Source: Longimicrobiales bacterium
Lineage (GTDB): Bacteria > Gemmatimonadota > Gemmatimonadetes > Longimicrobiales > Gaopeijiaceae
Length of the DNA: 64,000 nt
Assembly: GCA_965215925.1 (NCBI GenBank)
Contig: CBDCEQ010000003.1
Coordinates: forward strand, 288,368-352,367
Reading direction: 5' to 3'
Shown here piece after piece: positions 54,897 to 62,393 of the stretch (position 1 is the first letter of the stretch; each line of letters opens with the position of its first letter). The notes under the pieces were generated by a model. It was not told the origin of the DNA and made no database searches. It saw only the letters and a program-made list of their open reading frames with translations. A program made the translations under genes and the position numbers.

Positions 54897-55898
54897 ATGC
54901 CCAACACCGAGTTCATCTCAACGGGCTTCTATGTGCCCGAGCGGATCGTCACGAATGACGACCTCACCGAGTTCTGGGAGACGTCGGACGAATGGATCCG
55001 GGAGCGAAGCGGCATCGAGGTTCGCCATTGGGTCGAGCGGGGCGCCGAAACCAGCTCGGATCTAGCCCTGCGGGCGGCGCGAAGCGCGCTAGACTCGGCC
55101 GGTATGGACCCGCAGGACTTGGACTGCATCGTTTACGCCACCCTTAGCCCCGAGCACTACTTTCCGGGCGGGGGAGTATTCCTCCAACGAAAGCTGGGGC
55201 TGTCCGGTATTCCGGCTCTGGACGTCCGGAATCAGTGCTCCGGGTTCCTATACGGGCTCTCCATCGCAGACGCCTGGATCCGGACCGGTCAGTACCGACG
55301 TGTCCTGCTCGTGGGCGCTGAGGTCCAATCTCCGGCCCTAGAGTATGACTGCCCGGAGGGCAGGAATATAGGGGTACTTTTCGGCGATGGCGCAGGCGCC
55401 GCCATCTTGGGCCCCACCGGCGATGACAGCCGGGGTGTGCTCGGAACCAACCTCTTTTCGGACGGCCGCTTCGCCGAGCTTCTGTGGGTGGAGGGAGCCG
55501 GCATGAGCGGTTTCCCGTGGATCTCTTATGAAGACCTCGAGAACCGGCGGCTCTATCCACGGATGGAGGGGCGGGAGGTCTTCAAACATGCGGTCAAGCG
55601 GATGCCGGAGGCCCTCAGCTTACTCATGGAGAAGCACGGCGTCGCCCCGTCGGACATCGATCTATTCATCGCTCACCAGGCCAACCTTCGAATCAACGAG
55701 GCAGTGGCGAAACGGCTCGGCCTACGTGACGAGCAGGTCTATAACAACATTCAGCGGTACGGAAATACAACGGCAGGGACGATTCCCATCGCCCTTGACG
55801 AATGCGCTCGTTCAGGGCGATTGAATCGTGGCGATCTGCTGGCGCTCACAGCTTTCGGTAGTGGTTTCACCTGGGGAAGCGCCCTGATCCGCTGGTAG
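54897..55898 (+). CDS. fabH: 3-oxoacyl-ACP synthase III (KAS III)
   Basis: 333 aa with the catalytic triad context NQCSGF, AHQANLRI and YGNTTAGTIP, and a C-terminal FGSGFTWGS. Confidence 0.85.
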   Translation: MPNTEFISTGFYVPERIVTNDDLTEFWETSDEWIRERSGIEVRHWVERGAETSSDLALRAARSALDSAGMDPQDLDCIVYATLSPEHYFPGGGVFLQRKLGLSGIPALDVRNQCSGFLYGLSIADAWIRTGQYRRVLLVGAEVQSPALEYDCPEGRNIGVLFGDGAGAAILGPTGDDSRGVLGTNLFSDGRFAELLWVEGAGMSGFPWISYEDLENRRLYPRMEGREVFKHAVKRMPEALSLLMEKHGVAPSDIDLFIAHQANLRINEAVAKRLGLRDEQVYNNIQRYGNTTAGTIPIALDECARSGRLNRGDLLALTAFGSGFTWGSALIRW

Positions 55899-55929
55899 GA
55901 TCAGGCGATTTCAGCAGCGTAGGCCGTCT

Positions 55930-57330
55930 TCACCGGTCCACCTCCACGGGGGTCCCTTGGTCGGCCAGGGCACCGTTCCCCAGCTGGCCGCTCCCCCCTT
56001 GGCCCCAACAATACGCGCCACCGGCGGTGTTGACGCCACAGGTATGTACGTCCCCGACGCTGAGGGAAGTGAAGGTAAGACCCCCGCTCACCAGTACGGG
56101 GCTGGCGCGATCCACGATCGTACCGATGCCGAGGGAGCGACCGAATCCCAGCAGTACGCAGACCCACCCGTGGTAATTCCGCACGTATAGACGACGCCTG
56201 CGCTGACGGACCCGAAGGTAAGCCCCTCGCTCACGGGAACGGGCGTGATATGGTCACCGGTCTCCGCGTTGCCGAGTTGGCCGCTTCCTCCCTCCCCCCA
56301 ACAATAGGCGGCACCCTCGGTTGTCACTCCACAGGTGTGGAAGCCTCCTGCGCTGATAGACGAGAAGCTCAAGCCTCCGGTTACCGCGACGGGTGCAGCT
56401 CGGTTGTCAGTGCTGCCATCGCCTAGTTGCCCAGCCTCTCCTCGCCCCCAGCAATACGCGGCGTTGTCGATGGTCACCCCGCACGTGTGCACTCTCCCGG
56501 CGCTGATCGAAGCGAAGCTCAGCCCTCCCGCTACCACTTCAGGAGTAGCCTGGTCGGCAAAGACTCCGTTCCCGAGTCGTCCATCGAGCCCGAAACCCCA
56601 ACAGTATCCGGCACCGTCCGTTGTCACCCCGCACGTAGACAGCCCCCCAGCACTGAGGGATGCGAAGGTCAGCCCGCCATTTATCCCATTCGGGGTTGGC
56701 CAGTCGACGAGTGAGCCATCACCGAGCTGCCCGCTGTCCCCCAGCCCCCAGCAGTGAACGGAACGATCGATCGTCACTCCGCAGGTGTGCAGTCCCCCCG
56801 CACTGATGGACAAGAATGTGAGGTCGCCGCTTACGTCCACGGGAGTCGATTGATCCACCATGGATCCGTGGCCTAGCTGCCCAGTGTCCCCGCGTCCCCA
56901 GCAGGTCGGCGCTCCCTCGACGGTCACCTGGCAACTGTGAAATCCACCGGCGCTTACTGCGTCGGTTCTAGCGCGAACCGACACGGTAGCGCTTCCCTCG
57001 AGCCCTTCGGTGGCCGCGATGATTTGTGCGTCCCCTATACTCAGTCCACTAACGACGCCGGAGGCGCTCACCACGGCCACGGCCGGATCAGCGCTACTCC
57101 AGGTCACCGCCGCGTTCAGCACGGCCGCTTCCAACAACGGTGGCGGTGAGTTGGATCATCCCGCCAGGCTCGATGGTGGCAGTAAGCGGATTGATCGAGA
57201 CCGAGGATGCCGTGGGAGGGCCGGCCGTAGAGGAATCACAGCTCCAAAGAAGTAGCGCGGAAACCACCAACGGGAAGACGATTCGTAGGGTTCTACCGCG
57301 GATCTCATGGCCGAACTGCCGGACGCTCAT
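55930..57330 (-). pseudogene. lipoprotein with Big_2 domain and RCC1-like beta-propeller repeats, two frameshifts
   Basis: A lipobox LLLWSC starts the protein. The Big_2 segment ([22 protein letters not shown] / [19 protein letters not shown]) is split near 57120-57140. At least seven HTCGV...AYCWG.G..GQLG.G repeats follow, with a second frame switch near 56145-56152. Confidence 0.7.
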
Positions 57331-57349
57331 GATTGGCTGGGACCTTCCC

Positions 57350-58444
57350 TCAGGTTCCTGTTTCCCAGAGCTCGGTGTTGGGATGAAACGCGGCCCAGGC
57401 GAACCAGAACGCGACGTACGCTTCCGCGATCGGCTCCAGCCTTTCGCCCGCGAGCTGCCCGTCCGTGGCCAGTCCGTTCAGGGTCCAAAGGCTTTCGGTC
57501 TCCAGGTCGAAGATCGTTCCGTCGCGGGTCGAGAAGTTCAGCGCCAGGCCAGCTGCCTCCGGATAGAAGGCCAACGCACCTTGCTGAAGCTCATCCCAGA
57601 ACACGACGGCCGCCCGCCCGCCGATCGTTCCATGTGCCGCGCTGGTGGTACCTAGATCGTTCAACTCTCCGAAGGGGAAAGCAATACCTCCTCCCACTGA
57701 GCCCCCCGAGGTTGGAATCCCCAACACTCGTTCCTTCGGGGGTCTTCGGCCGTCGATCGAGGGCATCGGGAACAGGAGCTCAGCATTGTTCGGTTCTTCG
57801 TAGTTTCCGTACGGATAGCGGTAGCTCGCGAAGTTCTGTCCGCTTGCCAAGTCTTGCGCCGGGACCTTCGTGTCGGGGTGAAGGTTGGTCCACCCCTCCC
57901 ACGTCATCTCCGCGCCCGGCACCATCTGGAGCTGCACGCCGGTGGAGACACCGCAGCGGGCTCCCCGGAGCATCTGCGGCCAGAGAGATTCCTCCGTTCT
58001 GCGGTCATACATGATCAGGTTATTCTGAAACAGCAGCCCCGAGACTCCGAGCTCGGCATCCGCGACCTCTGATCGGTCGAAGACCATGCTCGAGCCGGTC
58101 AGGGGACAATAGGTTACAGCCACGTGGGCACTACCAACGTTCAGATTCATGATCTCGTGAAACCACAAAACCTGGTGGGGAACGGCGTATGCCTGGTCCT
58201 CGATCACGAACCCGATAACCCGATCCTCAGGGTCCACGTAGTCGGCTCCAGCCATCCCCGCCTCAGCCACTATAGGGTCCGTGAGGGCTCGGATCCCGTC
58301 CCTCCCAACGCCACCGTTGAAGATTTGACTCTCAGGAATGCTGCAGGACTCCGTACCGTCGCCTGGGCCCAGGCCGGAGGGGGGTGACCGCTGGCATGCG
58401 AAAAGGACCAACACGAGAGTGATTGTCGGCAGCAATCTGTTCAA
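57350..58444 (-). CDS. DUF3179-domain lipoprotein
   Basis: MNRLLPTITLVLVLFAC lipobox. RDGIRALTDP and TYCPLTGS motifs recall DUF3179. Confidence 0.65.
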   Translation of the reverse strand: MNRLLPTITLVLVLFACQRSPPSGLGPGDGTESCSIPESQIFNGGVGRDGIRALTDPIVAEAGMAGADYVDPEDRVIGFVIEDQAYAVPHQVLWFHEIMNLNVGSAHVAVTYCPLTGSSMVFDRSEVADAELGVSGLLFQNNLIMYDRRTEESLWPQMLRGARCGVSTGVQLQMVPGAEMTWEGWTNLHPDTKVPAQDLASGQNFASYRYPYGNYEEPNNAELLFPMPSIDGRRPPKERVLGIPTSGGSVGGGIAFPFGELNDLGTTSAAHGTIGGRAAVVFWDELQQGALAFYPEAAGLALNFSTRDGTIFDLETESLWTLNGLATDGQLAGERLEPIAEAYVAFWFAWAAFHPNTELWETGT

Positions 58445-58600
58445 TTTGATAACCTCCTACCGAGCGGGACCAAGCCAGCAGCAGCGTTCATTTCTTGGCC
58501 GCGTGTGTCCTAAGCGATGCCCACTGATTCTCGTAACCCTCTTCCTGCTGCTTGAGTTCCTATGCGGGCGGCTCGTAGACTGTAGAAAAAGGAGGCTGTC

Positions 58601-59356
58601 ATGACGTACCTATCCATCGTTGCTGTGGTTCTCCTATCCTCCACGTCCGCGCTGGCTCAATCGACCTCCGTGATGATCGACGACCTGACGACGACCGAGG
58701 TGCAGGCGGCGATCGACGGAGGAAAGACAACCGCGATTTACTACGTCGGGGGGACCCATCAGAGTGGTCCGGCGGTCGCGCTTGGGAAGCACAATCTGCT
58801 CGCTGCGCGGCTCTCGAGGCGTGTCGCCGAGGCCCTCGGCAATGCACTCGCGTATCCGCCGAATCCTTATGCGCCAGCAGGCGACCCGATCGAGAAGACC
58901 GGCCACATGCGTTTCGCAGGGACAGTCAGCGTTTCTCACGAGACGCTCGCAGCGGTCTCTCGCGATGTCGTCGTGAGCGCGCTGGCGGTCGGGTTCACCC
59001 ACGTCGTGATGCTGGGCGACCATGCCGAGACTCAAAGTGTCATCAGAGATGTTGCAACGGCTCTCGACGCCGAATGGCGGCCAAGAGGCGGTCGGGTATT
59101 CTTCATTCCGGTCTACGAAGAAGGCGAGGGGCGGATGCGCGAAATCCTGGCGGCGCGGGGTGTGCCCACGAATCTCACGACGCCGATCGATGACGCCGCC
59201 GAGATGATGGCGATCAGTGCCGACGACCGGTGGGTCCGTCCAGACCAGCTCCCCGATGAGATCGCAGCCGTAGCCTCGGCAGAGCTGGGCCGGACATTTA
59301 TCGAAGGGAAGGTAGAAGTGGCGGTCGCACGAATTCAGGAGCTGGTCGACCGATAG
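58601..59356 (+). CDS. secreted creatininase-family amidohydrolase
   Basis: Signal MTYLSIVAVVLLSSTSALAQS. LTTTEVQAAIDGGKTTAIYYVGGTHQSGP...G...MLGDH is creatininase-family-like. Confidence 0.5.
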   Translation: MTYLSIVAVVLLSSTSALAQSTSVMIDDLTTTEVQAAIDGGKTTAIYYVGGTHQSGPAVALGKHNLLAARLSRRVAEALGNALAYPPNPYAPAGDPIEKTGHMRFAGTVSVSHETLAAVSRDVVVSALAVGFTHVVMLGDHAETQSVIRDVATALDAEWRPRGGRVFFIPVYEEGEGRMREILAARGVPTNLTTPIDDAAEMMAISADDRWVRPDQLPDEIAAVASAELGRTFIEGKVEVAVARIQELVDR

Positions 59357-59676
59357 TTGGGCTGGGTCCCCTGGGCAACGAAAACGCTAATTCCGGAGCA
59401 ACTCGATATGTCCAGCCCGCCAAGCCCCTGGTGGCAAACCATGCTTCGCGACATCCAGTTCTGGATCCCACTCGCGGTGCTGGTGGGCGGACTATTGCTG
59501 CTTAGATGGGTGGCGTAGAACCGCCGGCACCGCCGCCGCCGGCGCGGCTTCGGCAGCTCCAGGCTGTAGGCGTTCTATCCGGCGTAGCGGCAGGCGCCTG
59601 GCTGGGCGCCGCGGAGGCGCCTACCAAGGTCGTGACGCTCGGGATTTCGCCTGTCGCAGTCTCGCTGGTCATGGTT

Positions 59677-61098
59677 CTAGCAGACCGTGGAAGAAAGGGG
59701 GTTGCAGGCCGCCGGGTGGGTGAGGGGGATCAGCACGGAGGCGGGGCTGACCTTGTGGCTACGGCGGGTGTTGCGGCCTGAAGAGGCGACAATGGGGCCA
59801 AGAAGGCCAAACGGACGGCAAGAGAGGCGAATCATGTGCAGGACGGCGGTGCTGACGTGGCATGCGAGCGCCGCTTGCGCCGTGGCGAGGCCCTGCAGAC
59901 CGCGCGGGGTGCCAAAGCCGTACCGCTTGCGCATGAGAAGCCCGAGGTTGAAGGCGGCGGCCTGAATCAGGATCCGTTTTCGAATCTCCTCCCGCCCGCG
60001 GACGTGGACGCGGCGCAGCCCTCCGGTCACGAGCAGGTGCGCGAACCCCCGCTCCACCTTCTCGCCCCGCTGGCGCAGCAGCTCTTTCCCCCGGTTGCCC
60101 TGGATCCGCCGGCGGTTGTCATAGGTCGGCTTCTGCGCGTCCCGGTTCCGCTTCCACTTCCGGCGGCCGCGGTTGGGCTCGCTCACGTAGCTCCGCAGCC
60201 CGCGGTCCTGCACACCCGTCATCGTCTGGTTCGAGTGGTAGCCCTTGTCGGCCACCACTTCCCTCGGCTCCACCTCTATCTCCGCCAGTTGCCGCTGCGC
60301 CTCGTCCAGCGTGTTCGGCAGCGAGGCGGTGTCTCCCCCCTCCATCGTCTGCACCGTCACGGCCACGACCGCGCCGGTCTCCATGTCGACCGCCTGCTCG
60401 AACTTGTGCGCCAGGCCGGTCCTGCCGTCCTTCATCTTCGTGATCCGCGCCTCCGGGTCGTGCGGATGCGCCCACTCCCGGTTCGAGCCCTTCTTCGGAC
60501 GCTTCCGGTCCAGCTTCGCGAGGTCTTGCCGCGTCGGCGTCTCGATCCCGGACGCCCGCGCCACCTCCTCCAGCCACTCCTCGTAGCCCTTCCCGTCGTC
60601 GCGCCGCACGATCGAGCGCATCGCCGCGTTCGCCTCCAGCGTCGTCGAGTCCACGCCCAGCGTCTTGCCGCTCAGAAGACCCGACGCCTGCACCACCTCC
60701 AGCACCCGGCTGAACACCGCCGCGTGCGCTTCCACGCTCAGCCGCTTCCTCGTCTTCGACAGGCCCGAATGCTCCGGCGGGTTCCTCTCCAGCCCGTATC
60801 CGAGAAACTCACGCAGTGAAATCGAGTCCCCACACCGCCACGCAATCCCCCGCTCCGAGCCGATCCCTTCCAGATACCCCACCAGCAGCATCCGAAAATA
60901 CACCCCGGGCGGTATGCCCGGCCGACCCCGCTTCTCCGCATAGAACTCGCGGCACGTCTCCTCCGCGAACTCGTCGAAACCCTCCTCCTCAAGCAGCCTG
61001 TTCAGTGCACGGTAGAAGGGGTTGCCCAGCGCGCGAATCTCGCTCGCCGCCACGAACAACTCCTGTTGCCGCCCCTTGCCCCGCTTGCCTATCGCCAT
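59677..61098 (-). CDS. IS5/IS1182-family DDE transposase
   Basis: 473 aa. The N-terminal GRPGIPPGVYFRMLLVGYLEGIGSERGIAWRCGDSISLREFLG is typical of InsH/IS1182-type transposases. The stop codon TAG (59677-59679) lies in the duplicated target CTAG. Confidence 0.85.
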   Translation of the reverse strand: MAIGKRGKGRQQELFVAASEIRALGNPFYRALNRLLEEEGFDEFAEETCREFYAEKRGRPGIPPGVYFRMLLVGYLEGIGSERGIAWRCGDSISLREFLGYGLERNPPEHSGLSKTRKRLSVEAHAAVFSRVLEVVQASGLLSGKTLGVDSTTLEANAAMRSIVRRDDGKGYEEWLEEVARASGIETPTRQDLAKLDRKRPKKGSNREWAHPHDPEARITKMKDGRTGLAHKFEQAVDMETGAVVAVTVQTMEGGDTASLPNTLDEAQRQLAEIEVEPREVVADKGYHSNQTMTGVQDRGLRSYVSEPNRGRRKWKRNRDAQKPTYDNRRRIQGNRGKELLRQRGEKVERGFAHLLVTGGLRRVHVRGREEIRKRILIQAAAFNLGLLMRKRYGFGTPRGLQGLATAQAALACHVSTAVLHMIRLSCRPFGLLGPIVASSGRNTRRSHKVSPASVLIPLTHPAACNPLSSTVC

Positions 61099-61186
61099 CC
61101 CCGCCCTCCATGGCTGAGACCCCGGTTCGCCTGTAATCTAAATCACTTCTTATCGACGCTGCGGGTAGGAGTTTTTCCACGGGCTG
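59681..61186 (-). mobile_element. IS5/IS1182-type insertion sequence (1506 bp) with 4-bp CTAG target duplication
   Basis: Terminal repeats are CAGACCGTGGAAGAAA (59681-) and the reverse complement of 61186-, CAGCCCGTGGAAAAAC. CTAG occurs at 59677-59680 and 61187-61190. Confidence 0.85.
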
Positions 61187-62393
61187 CTAGGCGTGTTTCT
61201 CGCGCGCTGGAGTCTTCCCGCGTTGATCAGAGGTACGGCCAATGTGGGGCGGGACGTCCGGCGCACACCGCATCTGGTGGTTTGGGCGTTGATTGCCGGC
61301 TGTCTATGGGCGGTGGCGAATACGCTGACAATCTTCGCGATTCGCGACATCGGACTCAGCGTCGCTTTTCCACTTTGGAATACCAACAGCCTGCTTGGGA
61401 TTCTATGGGGTGCACTGTTGTTCAACGAACTGAGGGGCGCCGGCCGCGCGCGTTGGATCGGAGTCCTTGGAGGGGCCGCACTCATGTTCGGCGGCGCCGT
61501 CCTACTAGCGCTCGTGTCATCCGAACAGGCTCCAGGTGGCAATTCGATCCGGGGCATCGCCGCGGCGATAGGAGCGGGCGCCCTCTGGGGCACCATGTAT
61601 ATTCCGTATCGCAAGGCATATCTGACAGGGATGAATCCGCTGTCGTTTATCACCTTCTTCACGATTGGCGAACTCGGGATGATGGGGGCCTTGGCGTTTG
61701 CCTACCTGGGCGGGCCCGTCGGAGCGTGGATGGAGCTCGAGCGGGCGACGAGCGTGCTGTTCTGGCTATTGCTCGGAGGATTCGTGTGGGTCGTCGGCGA
61801 TCTGTTTCAACAATACGCGGCCAAGTACATAGGAATCGGGCGTGGCATTCCGCTGTCCAACACCAACCAGCTTTGGGGCCTTCTTTGGGGGATCCTAGTA
61901 TTCGGTGAACTTGCTGGCTCGAACGAAGGTGTCTACGCCCAGGTCGTCGGGGGGTCTATCGTGATGGCCCTCGGCGCGGGCGCGATCGCTCTCTCCACGG
62001 CGCCCGCTGCCGAGCACCTGAGATGGCAGGAGGCAGCCGGGCGAGAAGCCGCTCGGTACTCGGTCGAGACGGAATATGTCCGAGCCAGACTTGCGGGGTT
62101 TGACCCCGAACCGCCGCGGGGGCGAACGATTTGGGACTGGCTGATAGTGGGAACTGCCACTGCCGTGTTCATTGCTTTCGCTGCCCACGCTCAGCCACCG
62201 GAGCTCCCGATTCACTACGCATGGGCTCTCGGCCTCGCAGTTGTGATGCTAGGTCTGCTGGGCACATGCGGTTTCGCGCTCTGGCGGACGACACGTTTCG
62301 GTTAGCCACACGAAACGGTTTCAGGCTCTTCCAGGCGCGATTATTGCAGCGCTTTGGATGTCCTGAAGTTCAACCGTCTCTGGTGGTCAAGCG

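Larger units (their letters stand above)
59506..62305 (+). pseudogene. DMT-superfamily (GRP/EamA-like) membrane transporter interrupted by an IS5/IS1182-type element
   Basis: The N-terminal 58 codons (...ISPVAVSLVMVL) end at 59680. Removing 59681-61190 joins them in frame to GVFLARWSLPAL... (ORF 61193..62305, about 10 TM helices). Confidence 0.7.

Noticed and set aside
55930-57140. Periodic nucleotide repeats that could be mistaken for a tandem repeat or CRISPR-like array.
   Set aside because: The periodicity of about 150-160 bp corresponds to RCC1 propeller blades in a coding frame. The repeats are divergent, there are no spacers, and there are no cas genes.
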